45,929 bases of DNA, from positions 1 to 45,929 of IMG/VR virus record IMGVR_UViG_3300020042_002159; one strand, 5' to 3'. Position numbers and translations under genes: made by a program. Origin of the DNA: a virus (taxonomy: Duplodnaviria; Caudoviricetes). The notes under the pieces were generated by a model. It made no database searches, had not been told where the DNA came from, and worked only from the letters and a program-made list of their open reading frames with translations. Positions 20,311-29,662 of this stretch are shown piece after piece. Position 1 is the first letter of the stretch, and every line of letters begins with the position of its first letter.

Positions 20311-20759
20311 TTCAATTCAAAATTTAAATTTGCATGGCGAGGATACTGCACAACGCGCTCCCCCTCAGGACATTTGTATTTGATGGTCGCTAACAATGTG
20401 GCTTTGCCGGGTGCAATCTTTTCTTTTCGCACCATTGTGAGTTGATACGTAAACGTGTCAATATCTGGCCCTGCTGGGCCACTGAACTTGCTCGCCGTGG
20501 TGGTTGCCTCATGCACCATGCCTGCCGCATCACGGATGTTTGGCGTAAAACTCTCAACAGAACAGTCGTCCCGTTTTTTTATTCTTGCAACCGTGACATT
20601 GATGGGCTGTCCAGCATCTGCCACAATTTTAAAATTCTCTGGCGACCACTCAATAATGGCTCTGTCAAACCAACCAAACTTATCAGCAAGGGTGTAACTG
20701 CCACCAAGTGCAGCAACACTAGCGGCGACTGCTCCAATTGCTTTAGTAAGATCAATCAT
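20307..20759 (-). CDS. Hypothetical protein with N-terminal hydrophobic anchor
   Basis: 150 aa; ATGA-coupled on both sides; two Cys; beta-rich. Confidence 0.7.
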   Translation of the reverse strand: MIDLTKAIGAVAASVAALGGSYTLADKFGWFDRAIIEWSPENFKIVADAGQPINVTVARIKKRDDCSVESFTPNIRDAAGMVHEATTTASKFSGPAGPDIDTFTYQLTMVRKEKIAPGKATLLATIKYKCPEGERVVQYPRHANLNFELK

Positions 20760-20911
20760 TTCCGTTCAACCTTTTCCCACTGTAGGCAAACAACTTTGCG
20801 GTTATAGACATCTCCCGTCCACGTCCACCGCACACAGCGGTATTCAGTCTTTCTGTCTTGGCTGGCTGCTCCCGGTAGAAACACCAAAAAGAGCACCAAC
20901 AGCCATTTCAT
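20756..20911 (-). CDS. Small exported peptide, 51 aa (not in the ORF track)
   Basis: Translated by hand: MKWLLVLFLVFLPGAASQDRKTEYRCVRWTWTGDVYNRKVVCLQWEKVERK; signal-peptide-like N-terminus; its TGA overlaps the next ATG. Confidence 0.7.
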   Translation of the reverse strand: MKWLLVLFLVFLPGAASQDRKTEYRCVRWTWTGDVYNRKVVCLQWEKVERK

Positions 20912-20923
20912 ACGGTACTTTTG

Positions 20924-21226
20924 TTATGGCATTGTTTTTGTATCGTTGCTTACACCACCAAACTTTTTAACGATGTTGAAAATTCTAGTGTTATCTTCTA
21001 AAGCCATGATCTCATGTGGCTCGTTGGGCCGAAAGTCAAGAACTTGACCCGCGCTGGCTTCAATTTCCCAGTCGTGCGAATAAGCTTTAATACGACCCCG
21101 AGCAACAATCGTAATGTGTACGTTGTTTTCATTGTGCGTATGTTTTAACAAAACGTCACCGACCTCTTCAAAATCAAAGATTACTCCGTTGATGTCGCCA
21201 AGACTTAGTTCTTTATTCAATAACAT
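20924..21226 (-). CDS. Cupin-fold protein
   Basis: KHTH...HITIVARG and PNEPHEIMAL; ATG at 21226 preferred over the longer track start. Confidence 0.75.
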   Translation of the reverse strand: MLLNKELSLGDINGVIFDFEEVGDVLLKHTHNENNVHITIVARGRIKAYSHDWEIEASAGQVLDFRPNEPHEIMALEDNTRIFNIVKKFGGVSNDTKTMP

Positions 21227-21542
21227 CTGGTGCACTTCCCGGTTGATCAAGGAGGTTAAAAGATGCTTCTTGTTGGGCGTAAAAATCTAGCTCTTCTTGC
21301 GTTAAAGGGGTAACTACCCAAGTCATTTGCCAAGCACCTTCAGCTTGCACCGGAGCGCCTTCTACGCATTTAGAAACAGATGGATTGAAAACCGGGCGCT
21401 GAGTAGGTGTGACCAACGCGTAAGTCGGCGGACACGGGAACGTGTCGCCTGTTTGAGACTCAAGAATCTCAGGATGGTCAAGGCGAATGTCACCCTCATG
21501 CCGAGGGTACTCAAGCGTTGTTAATTTTATGTAGGCGCTCAT
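21213..21542 (-). CDS. Putative tail fibre assembly/accessory protein
   Basis: YPR...EGAP...W.MTW.V pattern; follows the fibre genes. Confidence 0.55.
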   Translation of the reverse strand: MSAYIKLTTLEYPRHEGDIRLDHPEILESQTGDTFPCPPTYALVTPTQRPVFNPSVSKCVEGAPVQAEGAWQMTWVVTPLTQEELDFYAQQEASFNLLDQPGSAPDVIE

Positions 21543-22825
21543 AGTGTTGTAGTTCCTGTAGTCAGACTACCACTAGAAACGGTGTACGAAGGAGTAGAAG
21601 TGCTCAAACTGATACTAGAGTTTGATGGACCACCTGAACCCAATATGGCACCTGGAGTACTGATACTTGCAGAAGACGCTTCATAAGTCCAAGACAGTCC
21701 ACTCAAGGTATAAGTACCTGTTTTTGAGCCGTTAGAAGGGGGTTTAATGATAAACATTCTGTTATCAGCAGCATTGTTGAGCGTTGCTACAAAAATAGGG
21801 TTACCTTTTGAGTCAACGTGTGCGTCGTATCCGTAGCTCTTCCAACCACTTGTGTTGGCTGTTATCTGTCGCTGCCACTGCTCAGTTCCAGATGAGTTCA
21901 ATTTAATCATGTACATTTTGTAATCAAACAGATAATAGCCTGTCATGTATACATTACCTGATGTATCAACACCCACACCGTAACCATAACTAGTAGCTCC
22001 AAAAGATGCTTGTTTAATCCATTGATTAGTTCCTGAAGAGTTATATTTAGCTACAAAACTGTTGCCGCCTAAAAGTCCTGCCATGTACACGTTATCACTT
22101 GAATCAACAACTACGTCTTGACCATACGTGCTGGGGTAATTACAAGGCATGTCAACATATCTGTCCCAAATTGAAGTACCGTCACTGGAGTTTACTTTAA
22201 CAAGCGTACCTCTGTAGTATCCGCCGCCAGGAACTTTGCCTGTGGTGAGATAAACATTACCGGCGGAATCGGCGGCTAAAGCAGAATATTGGTAATTACG
22301 TATGTTGTTTGTAAACGTGCGCGACCATTGTTTAGTTCCTGAAGAATTAAATTTACTTAAGGTATAGCCATAAAGACACGAGTAGTAAACAGGACTACTA
22401 ATATACACGTTGCCGGAAGAGTCAAAACACACTGCTGCGCCGGATTCCACAGTAACCCCACCACACCCGCCCGGCCAACCGGATATGGACCGCTGCCAAG
22501 TTAACGCGCCGGTTGAATCATATACAAGTAGTCGTTGATCACTGTTACTAATAGTAGCGACAGCAAGGTTACCTGAACTGTCAATAGCCATTCTATTATA
22601 TCGAGCATTAGGTACATTGGTTACTTTTTGCCAAACTAACGTACCTGCGTTAGTATATTTGGCAATGTTCAGATATTGGCTAGAAGTGTCCCAACCCAAA
22701 ATGAAAATATTGTTACTTGAATCGGTAACAGTAGACTGAACATGACCCGGATAAAGGTTGGCCATGAACGCGGGTGCACCAAAAGACCTTTGGTTCTGAT
22801 ATACCGCTTGTAGTGCGCCGCTCAT
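21539..22825 (-). CDS. Beta-propeller repeat protein, probable receptor-binding tail component
   Basis: About seven repeats of DSSGNVY...KYNSSGT.QW; ATG at 22825 overlaps the upstream TGA. Confidence 0.75.
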   Translation of the reverse strand: MSGALQAVYQNQRSFGAPAFMANLYPGHVQSTVTDSSNNIFILGWDTSSQYLNIAKYTNAGTLVWQKVTNVPNARYNRMAIDSSGNLAVATISNSDQRLLVYDSTGALTWQRSISGWPGGCGGVTVESGAAVCFDSSGNVYISSPVYYSCLYGYTLSKFNSSGTKQWSRTFTNNIRNYQYSALAADSAGNVYLTTGKVPGGGYYRGTLVKVNSSDGTSIWDRYVDMPCNYPSTYGQDVVVDSSDNVYMAGLLGGNSFVAKYNSSGTNQWIKQASFGATSYGYGVGVDTSGNVYMTGYYLFDYKMYMIKLNSSGTEQWQRQITANTSGWKSYGYDAHVDSKGNPIFVATLNNAADNRMFIIKPPSNGSKTGTYTLSGLSWTYEASSASISTPGAILGSGGPSNSSISLSTSTPSYTVSSGSLTTGTTTL

Positions 22826-23940
22826 GTCAAACCACTCCCTGAGATAAGCCAAGTTGTTGATGTCATTTTGATTGCTGTGGCTGAACCATATTGAGCAAGA
22901 GTTCGTGATCCAGTTGTACCAGCATCACTTAAATACATTGTGTCAGTAGTAATCGCAATAGTCACCACTTGAGACGTCATGTTAATAAATGTAATTGCCG
23001 TGCCAAGTGGGTATGCGACAGAACCATTGTCGGGGATTGTAAAAGTCCTAGTATTAGCGTCACCTGATGGGTGAAAAATTACTTTTCCTGAGTCTGTCAA
23101 TGTTGTTGTGTACGCTGTACTCTGGCTATTAATTGGAATATTTCTAAATCCAACTGCATCTGTTCCATCAACTGTACAAGAACTTAATACGCCGCTTGCG
23201 GGAGTACCCAGTGCTGGTGCAACTAAAGTCTTGTTGGTCAGCGTGTCAGTTGTTGCTCTGCCAACTAATGTGTCTGTGCTTGTTGGTAACGTCAATGTAC
23301 CCGTGTTGCTAATACTTGAAATTATTGGCGTTGTCAGCGTCTTGTTGGTAAAAGTCTCTGTACCCGTCAAAGTCGCCAATGTTCCCGTTGTGGGGAAAGT
23401 GACGTTTGTGACTCCTGTCAAAGTACGTGTGTAGGCAAAATTACCAGAGCCTGTCACAGTCATAGCCGCATTATTTGCTACACCTGTACCACCACCAGTA
23501 GGGTCAAGAATACCTGTTACACCAATGCTAGTAATTTTTATATAGTCTGTGCCGTTGTAGTAAACAAAAGCTTTTTCACCAACAGCAATAGAAACACCTG
23601 ATTGACCGGCGGCTTTGAATGTTACTGCGCTGGTAGCGCCTGCGTGATCCACCATGTACAGTTTGCTGTAGCTAGGGCCTGTGATAACTTTGGTAACAGT
23701 TTGTGTGCCCGTAATGCGAATCACCATGTACTGGGCTGTTGTAGTAGTTATCGCGTTTCCTGACGAGCTACCTGTGGTGTTAGCCAAAGTAATAGCGCCA
23801 TCACCTGCAAAAGATAATGTGCCCGCAATGGCAATATCAAGGTAATCGGTAATACCGTAGTTGACTGTATCGCCCCACGTACCAGAGAGCGTTCCCTGTG
23901 TGGGGGTGACTAAGCCCAAAAGAGTTGTTGTCGCTGCCAT
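22822..23940 (-). CDS. Tail fibre protein
   Basis: Thr/Gly-rich; GTWG, GGTG and repeated TLTNKTL motifs; C-terminal W.ISG domain. Confidence 0.75.
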   Translation of the reverse strand: MAATTTLLGLVTPTQGTLSGTWGDTVNYGITDYLDIAIAGTLSFAGDGAITLANTTGSSSGNAITTTTAQYMVIRITGTQTVTKVITGPSYSKLYMVDHAGATSAVTFKAAGQSGVSIAVGEKAFVYYNGTDYIKITSIGVTGILDPTGGGTGVANNAAMTVTGSGNFAYTRTLTGVTNVTFPTTGTLATLTGTETFTNKTLTTPIISSISNTGTLTLPTSTDTLVGRATTDTLTNKTLVAPALGTPASGVLSSCTVDGTDAVGFRNIPINSQSTAYTTTLTDSGKVIFHPSGDANTRTFTIPDNGSVAYPLGTAITFINMTSQVVTIAITTDTMYLSDAGTTGSRTLAQYGSATAIKMTSTTWLISGSGLT

Positions 23941-23949
23941 GTTCGTTCC

Positions 23950-24756
23950 TTACGAAGTGTTTATATTTTGCCAAATTGTTGGCTGGTTGTCATCAATTAT
24001 TTTCCAGTAAACAGCTGTTACGTTACCAACGTTACCCGTCGCCAAATTACCTGTCACACTGTGTGTCCTAATCAAACCCATGGTCCCTACAGCACCCGAA
24101 GCAGATATGCCGGTCAATCCTACAGTTATTCCTTGGACTACGGTACCGACAAAGCCGTTAGCTTCATTAGAGTTTAACGGGACAATAACTTGATTTACTT
24201 GACCAAAAGCTAAAGTGCCCGTTAAACCAAGAGTATTTGCAGCCTCAACTGTACCTACACTGCCTGTACTCCCGACGCCTGTTAGCTCCATAGCGTATAG
24301 ACCAGCTACTGTACCCGCTACGCCAGAAGCGCTAACACCTGTTATGGCAATGACGCGCTCATCAACACCGACGCTACCTACAGCGCCAGTGGCGCTAACG
24401 CCCGCACCGCTGTATTCTTCAGCAAAACCTAAACTAGAGCCGCCCCACGGATTATCGCCCCAGGCCCCTTGGCCCCAGCCAAATCCAATTAACCCAACTG
24501 CGCTAACACCTGTTAAGGCAACCGTAACAGAGGCCCCAACCGTACCAACCGACGCAATTGCTAAATCACCAATCTCGGCAACGGATTTAGAAAAAGTAAC
24601 CGAATCTACACTGCCCGATGCTGAAATACCAGATAAAGCAACTAAAACTTCAAAGGCAGGGGTACCCACAGCTGCGGCGGCTTGATTACCTGAAACAGGA
24701 ATTGCGCCACCCCAACCGTAGTCACCCCACGTATTGTCGCCCCATCCAAGAGCCAT
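23950..24756 (-). CDS. Virion structural protein with WG motifs and Gly/Val/Ser repeats
   Basis: WGxxxWGxxxWGG twice; repeated (L/I)TGVSAxGxVG. Confidence 0.7.
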   Translation of the reverse strand: MALGWGDNTWGDYGWGGAIPVSGNQAAAAVGTPAFEVLVALSGISASGSVDSVTFSKSVAEIGDLAIASVGTVGASVTVALTGVSAVGLIGFGWGQGAWGDNPWGGSSLGFAEEYSGAGVSATGAVGSVGVDERVIAITGVSASGVAGTVAGLYAMELTGVGSTGSVGTVEAANTLGLTGTLAFGQVNQVIVPLNSNEANGFVGTVVQGITVGLTGISASGAVGTMGLIRTHSVTGNLATGNVGNVTAVYWKIIDDNQPTIWQNINTS

Positions 24757-24765
24757 AACCTACCT

Positions 24766-25242
24766 TTAGGTTGTGGCAATGCGCAACAACGCAGTAGACG
24801 TATTATTTGTAGGCATAGTCAATGTAAACGTACCAGCGGTAATTGTCTGTGAACCGAAGGTATGAACGCTGACAGCTTTATTACTCTGAGTAGAGTTATA
24901 AATCAAAACCGTGTCAAACGCGGTCGTCAAAGTCACAGTTGTGTATGTGATTGAAGCCGAAGGCGTAACAAATGCAACGCCCGCAGTGGTAGAGGAATTA
25001 GTGGCCGTAGGAGGAGTTCCATATGTAACCGTCACACCGCCAGCTACATAGTTTGTACCAGAAACTTCGTTAGAAGCGGAGTATGCCGTTGTAGAAGCAT
25101 TAACTGTCGCACTTGTTAAATACAACGCTGCTTTAAACGTATCAGCCGCGCTAGAGCCGCGAGTAGGCGCTACGCCAAAATTATGGGTTGCAGTGAGAAT
25201 TTCGCCCATAAACGAAGTGCACATTGCTTGAGTATTAGCCAT
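24766..25242 (-). CDS. Virion structural protein (paralog of 25456..25875)
   Basis: FKAALY...YSASNEV...YVAGG...LIYN...FG shared with the 139-aa ORF. Confidence 0.75.
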   Translation of the reverse strand: MANTQAMCTSFMGEILTATHNFGVAPTRGSSAADTFKAALYLTSATVNASTTAYSASNEVSGTNYVAGGVTVTYGTPPTATNSSTTAGVAFVTPSASITYTTVTLTTAFDTVLIYNSTQSNKAVSVHTFGSQTITAGTFTLTMPTNNTSTALLRIATT

Positions 25243-25251
25243 GATGTTTCC

Positions 25252-25446
25252 TTATATAAAAGATGCTGCTTCGGCAGACAGCGGAGGTGAAGTTTTTAAG
25301 CTGACATGGGCAGAACGATGAACAAGTTCACCATCTAGCCAATACTCAACCCAAGTTGTGTGTTCATTGTTATTATCAACTAAACCTTCGCGTTTTTCAA
25401 GCAAAGATTCATCCATTTCGCCTTTGGTTGTGCTTACAAGTGCCAT
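25252..25446 (-). CDS. Small hypothetical protein
   Basis: 64 aa; AAGGA RBS; VEYWLDGELVHRS. Confidence 0.75.
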   Translation of the reverse strand: MALVSTTKGEMDESLLEKREGLVDNNNEHTTWVEYWLDGELVHRSAHVSLKTSPPLSAEAASFI

Positions 25447-25455
25447 TTAGTTTCC

Positions 25456-25875
25456 TTAAGTTATGCGAATAATTGCGCTAGTGCTACTGGCAGTGGGGAA
25501 CTGCACAGTAAACGTAGTTGTAGAAGTTTTATCCGAACCAAAATCTAGTACACAAATAGTTGGGTTTGATCCGCCAACTTGATAGATCAAAGCTCCCCGA
25601 GCCGTCAATGCCGCAGTCCAAGTAACGTTAGAGAACGAAACATAAGATACATCATTAGCTGATGTAGGCGCAACAGATACCGTTAGAGCTTCACCTCCCG
25701 CCACATATCCTGTAGCTACAACCTCATTAGCTGATGTGTAAGCCACTGTATCAGGACCTAATGAGGCTGAACCAGTGTATAGCGCAATTTTAAATGCGCC
25801 AGTTGTGAAGTTATATACCCCATTCATCAGCCCAGTTGAGAACGTATTAGTTCCGCCTTGTTGGATAGCCATCAA
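25456..25875 (-). CDS. Virion structural protein (paralog of 24766..25242)
   Basis: FKIALY...YTSANEV...YVAGG...LIYQ...DFG. Confidence 0.75.
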   Translation of the reverse strand: MMAIQQGGTNTFSTGLMNGVYNFTTGAFKIALYTGSASLGPDTVAYTSANEVVATGYVAGGEALTVSVAPTSANDVSYVSFSNVTWTAALTARGALIYQVGGSNPTICVLDFGSDKTSTTTFTVQFPTASSTSAIIRIT

Positions 25876-26798
25876 GTCACCGCCTGTCTAAATTGACCAG
25901 AACGGTAAGCGTCCTGACGCTCCATACCATCGCCCAGACGTTTAGCCAACGCTAATGCTTCCATGAATTTCTGGTTGTACAGCGCCATCATGTCTTGCTC
26001 ACCCTTCATGTAGGTGTAAGCCTCAACCAGAGATGCGTACAACAACACTGTGTCAAAGTTGTCACCTAGCCATGAACGTCCGTCAGAGTTAGTTACAGTA
26101 TTAATTAACACTGAAAAACCAGAGCCTGTCCCACCAATATTTGTAGCGGAAGCTGACAAAGACCCACCAGCCGTATATTGCAGGCCACCATTTGTAATAG
26201 TTACAGCTGTTACCGCGCCGCCAGAAACAGTAACCGTTGCTAACGCCCCGCTACCTGTACCGCCAGTCAGAGGCACATTAAAATAAGTGCCCGCCGTATA
26301 TGCGCTGCCGCCAGTAATAGCGCCAAGCGTATTAATTACGCTTTGTACGATAGAGTCTGGGTAGTAGTAGTAATGCAGTTCTACGTTATAAGAGGCGTCA
26401 GATGTTGGACCAAAGAAAAAAGACAATTCATTTGTGATTGTCGTGACTATTACCGTTGGGCCAAACAATGCGTAGTACTTGGGAATGCCTGTATCTGTCG
26501 TTGGGTTGGGGTATGCCTGACGAATAAAATTAACGTCTTTGTTAAGCAAATATTCGTAGTTACCGCTACCGTCAATGACCGCTATGGAATACACGGCTAA
26601 AAAATCAAGCGGGCAGTCTAAATACTTTGCTCCAAGCACAATCGTACTAGTTACGTTTTTGCGAAGTGAAGGAAACTGCACCGAATTATAAATGCGTTGC
26701 TCAGCCTGCTCCACAAAGACAGGAATCTCCGCCACGAAGTTAGTCTCCGTGTTCTCTGTATACGCTTGAATAGCGTTACTGAGTTCGGTGTAATTCAT
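25872..26798 (-). CDS. Head-tail adaptor-like protein with inserted Gly/Thr-rich module
   Basis: MNYTEL...F..QAEQRI, P.DFL, G.PKYY, LLYASL.EA framework interrupted by GGTGSGA.ATVTV.GGAVTAVTITNGG. Confidence 0.65.
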   Translation of the reverse strand: MNYTELSNAIQAYTENTETNFVAEIPVFVEQAEQRIYNSVQFPSLRKNVTSTIVLGAKYLDCPLDFLAVYSIAVIDGSGNYEYLLNKDVNFIRQAYPNPTTDTGIPKYYALFGPTVIVTTITNELSFFFGPTSDASYNVELHYYYYPDSIVQSVINTLGAITGGSAYTAGTYFNVPLTGGTGSGALATVTVSGGAVTAVTITNGGLQYTAGGSLSASATNIGGTGSGFSVLINTVTNSDGRSWLGDNFDTVLLYASLVEAYTYMKGEQDMMALYNQKFMEALALAKRLGDGMERQDAYRSGQFRQAVT

Positions 26799-27058
26799 GC
26801 CATCGGGCCTCGTGCCATTACGCCTTTAATAGCGCATCCGTTGCCGCGAGTTTTGATACCAGTTGTCTTTACATCGGGGTTATAACCATCACGGTTAATG
26901 TTACCAACCGACATATTTACTCTGTCTGCGCGAGTAGGCTTAGCACCGCTGTAACCATTGCCAAGCTCAACTTTTTCACCAGTCATGGTATGTGGTTGTG
27001 CGTAGACTTCAGCACTGCCGACTTCTTTACCGCCTTGTTTCTGACTGAACTTAGCCAT
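26795..27058 (-). CDS. Small basic protein
   Basis: 87 aa from the ATG at 27058; C-terminal RGNGCAIKG. Confidence 0.7.
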   Translation of the reverse strand: MAKFSQKQGGKEVGSAEVYAQPHTMTGEKVELGNGYSGAKPTRADRVNMSVGNINRDGYNPDVKTTGIKTRGNGCAIKGVMARGPMA

Positions 27059-27059
27059 G

Positions 27060-27263
27060 TTAGCCACCTTTTTTGTATGTGAAGGAAGACTTCTTCTGGT
27101 TAGCTACTTTAGCCAAACCACGACCCAGAGATTTCATCTGAGCATTAGTCTTGCCGCCCTTGGCAAACTTAGTCATAGGCTGACCGGGATGCAGCTTTTT
27201 CTCGTGCTTATGCACGGCTCCAGCCGCCGTCTTCTTGTCTTGTGCCAAATCTTTCTTGTCCAT
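27060..27263 (-). CDS. Small basic protein with FAKGG/YKKGG motifs
   Basis: 67 aa; AAGGAG RBS before the ATG at 27263. Confidence 0.75.
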   Translation of the reverse strand: MDKKDLAQDKKTAAGAVHKHEKKLHPGQPMTKFAKGGKTNAQMKSLGRGLAKVANQKKSSFTYKKGG

Positions 27264-27273
27264 ATTAAGCTCC

Positions 27274-27702
27274 TTATGTTGTCGATATGGTGACTGTACC
27301 AATTTCTACGTTTAACATCAAATAATTTGGAGTTAAAACCGCATCAAAACCGCTTGCGCCGCCAACAGGGTTCCAACCCCATTGAAACACCCTGCTACCA
27401 CCCTCTGGATAACCAAACCCATTAGGGGCTGTACTGTTGGTCAATAGTATCTGTAAACCGCTAGTGCCGGAAGCTTGATAGCTAACATCAGGACGTGGCT
27501 CTCGTACAGCTTGTGGATCATCCACTGGATACATACCCAACTGCAACTGAGGCTGATCAGGATCCCAGCACTCAGGACACACCTTTAAATTAAACAGGCG
27601 TGTCTTGATAATCTCTTTTTTCAGGTCTTTAAGCATGTACCGCTCATCGCAGCGGTCACACTGAGCAATTGCATACTTGCCTGAAGCGTATCTACTAGGC
27701 AT
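27274..27702 (-). CDS. Protein with CxxC...CxxC zinc-binding motif
   Basis: CDRC...CPEC, DPDQPQL, PRPD. Confidence 0.75.
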   Translation of the reverse strand: MPSRYASGKYAIAQCDRCDERYMLKDLKKEIIKTRLFNLKVCPECWDPDQPQLQLGMYPVDDPQAVREPRPDVSYQASGTSGLQILLTNSTAPNGFGYPEGGSRVFQWGWNPVGGASGFDAVLTPNYLMLNVEIGTVTISTT

Positions 27703-27705
27703 ATA

Positions 27706-28644
27706 TCACCTATAGAACGACTGTCTTGGGACATAACGGTCAGGAGCCTTCTCGCGGTCTTCCTGCGACGCTAACGTCCATTGTTCTTCGTAGGCGGCTT
27801 TAAGCATCACAATACGCTCCATAGACACATCAGGGCGCTTAGAACCAACATAATAGGCTAGACCAGCCACCACGCATGGAATCAATCGGAACGGGATATC
27901 CTGCACGTTAACACCGTTACCAGCGTCTTGCATACGGCGCATGCGCCAGTAAACAAACACATATTGATCGCCGGGTGCATTAGGAGTAGGCCACACGTTT
28001 ACAGACGTGAGATTGTTTACTGTTACGGTAGCGCTAATTGCGTGAGTTGCGGCAGTTGTATTAGTGCTGCCGTTGTACTGACCACGATAACAATTAAGTA
28101 ATTGATTACCGCTGACGTTAGCGTAGTAGATTGTTTCTGAATCAATTGTAATAAATCCTGTAGCGGGTAGGCTTGTAGTAGAGCTAAGAGTAATAGTCGT
28201 ATCTGTTGCCGCTACCGTTGCTGCTACAGTCGCCGTAGACAAATAGCTTTGATTAGATTGCCGGTTAATCCACACTTGGATAGGACGACCTTGGGCCAAC
28301 TTGTTTGGCAACGTTGAGTATGTTGACTCAGAGATGCGGCTGATATTGATATCAATCTGATTAGGCGTAGTCGCCTGTGTACGGACAACTTGATCCAACA
28401 AATCAATTGTAGTACTAGGCAAAGCATAGACACCTTGCCCTGTATTCATTACAAATTGGCCTTGCTCAATAGTCCATAAATTGATGCCACGGTTAGCCCA
28501 TTCAATCGTAAGCATGTTGAAGGACCGGCGTGCGGTACGAAACTCATAGCCAGTACGAACCTCAATACCCGCCCGCTCATACGCCTCTTCAACGATGTCG
28601 TTAAAGTCTAGGTTAAACGTGGAGAGTCCTGAAGTGCTAGCCAT
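27706..28644 (-). CDS. Head-tail connector/adaptor-like protein with inserted beta module
   Basis: IVEEAYER, WANRGINLW, WPTP, P.R...GLAYY; Thr-rich insertion. Confidence 0.65.
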   Translation of the reverse strand: MASTSGLSTFNLDFNDIVEEAYERAGIEVRTGYEFRTARRSFNMLTIEWANRGINLWTIEQGQFVMNTGQGVYALPSTTIDLLDQVVRTQATTPNQIDINISRISESTYSTLPNKLAQGRPIQVWINRQSNQSYLSTATVAATVAATDTTITLSSTTSLPATGFITIDSETIYYANVSGNQLLNCYRGQYNGSTNTTAATHAISATVTVNNLTSVNVWPTPNAPGDQYVFVYWRMRRMQDAGNGVNVQDIPFRLIPCVVAGLAYYVGSKRPDVSMERIVMLKAAYEEQWTLASQEDREKAPDRYVPRQSFYR

Positions 28645-28877
28645 TATCTATACCCTGCCGTTTTCTTTGCAATCTTTTTTGGTTGGGCTACGAATTGTTT
28701 TCCGGCGGCTTTTCCTGCCCGCTTGGCTTTGGTCGTCGCAGCGTACTCAGCAGGGCTGAGACTTTTGATCGCAGCGCTTGGAAGGTATCTTTCACCAGTG
28801 TCAGAAGATTTTTTACCACTTTTGGTTCTCCATTTTTGGTCGCCCCAATCTTTCAATGATTTTTGAGGAGCTTTCAA
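28644..28877 (-). CDS. Small Lys-rich protein
   Basis: 77 aa; QKSLKDW..QKW, RYLP; very basic. Confidence 0.75.
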   Translation of the reverse strand: MKAPQKSLKDWGDQKWRTKSGKKSSDTGERYLPSAAIKSLSPAEYAATTKAKRAGKAAGKQFVAQPKKIAKKTAGYR

Positions 28878-29149
28878 TCTCGGTAACCCCCGCCTGCCGC
28901 CTTGTACTTCTTGGCAACAAGCTGAGCTTTACGTGCTGACCACTGACCTGCGCCAGTACCCTGCGTTGCTGCAGCTTTTACTTGACTTACGATACGCTTG
29001 CGCACACCGGGTTTTGTGTAATTGCCGGCAGCGTTTACCTTGCCACCTTTTTTGTACTGGGTAAAGTCAGTGTCATCCCGTCGGGCTGTTTTAACGCCTT
29101 TGGGCATTTTAGAGGCGCTAATGTCGCCCATACCACGGGATGCCATCAT
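28874..29149 (-). CDS. Small Lys-rich protein
   Basis: 91 aa; YKKGG, NYTKP, GQWSARKAQ, GGGY. Confidence 0.75.
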   Translation of the reverse strand: MMASRGMGDISASKMPKGVKTARRDDTDFTQYKKGGKVNAAGNYTKPGVRKRIVSQVKAAATQGTGAGQWSARKAQLVAKKYKAAGGGYRD

Positions 29150-29151
29150 AA

Positions 29152-29409
29152 TTACACCATCTTTCCGCGTGTCTTGCCTTTAACGGCACAGCCATCGGCG
29201 CGTGAGGAGGCAGAAGAAACCTTACCACCTTTTTTCATGGGTGCGCCAGCAGCTTGTTTTTTACGCTTCTCTTCTTCATCGGAGTACGCATCTTTGGCAA
29301 TAGCTCGGGGCAACAAACCCATAGCACCTTTTGCCGCCAGTTCGCCCATCAAACCTTTGCCCGAAATCATTCCCGCTAAAGGGGATACATCACCTATTTC
29401 GATTCCCAT
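29152..29409 (-). CDS. Small basic protein, RADG-KGKTRG family
   Basis: C-terminus MKKGGKVSSASSRADGCAVKGKTRGKMV. Confidence 0.75.
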   Translation of the reverse strand: MGIEIGDVSPLAGMISGKGLMGELAAKGAMGLLPRAIAKDAYSDEEEKRKKQAAGAPMKKGGKVSSASSRADGCAVKGKTRGKMV

Positions 29410-29411
29410 AG

Positions 29412-29648
29412 TTACACCATCTTTCCACGGGTCTTGCCTTTGGTACAGCAGCCATCAGCACGCTTAGAAGCCGAACCAACAGAGCCACCTTTAGCGTAAC
29501 CACGCTGACCACGAACTGCGTCACGCGGGTCTTTCTTTTCGGGAGCATATTCGGTATTACGCAAAGATTTTGTATACGCGGCTTCAGTAGCCGTATTCAT
29601 CTTGCGGTCAGCCATTTCTTCCCGTGCTTGTTTTTCTGCTGGACTCAT
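29412..29648 (-). CDS. Small basic protein, RADG-KGKTRG family
   Basis: C-terminus YAKGGSVGSASKRADGCCTKGKTRGKMV; GGAG RBS. Confidence 0.75.
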   Translation of the reverse strand: MSPAEKQAREEMADRKMNTATEAAYTKSLRNTEYAPEKKDPRDAVRGQRGYAKGGSVGSASKRADGCCTKGKTRGKMV

Positions 29649-29662
29649 TTGAAACTCCTAAA

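Noticed and set aside
21539-23940. Diversity-generating retroelement targeting the tail genes
   Set aside because: No reverse transcriptase and no adenine-specific TR/VR repeat pair seen.
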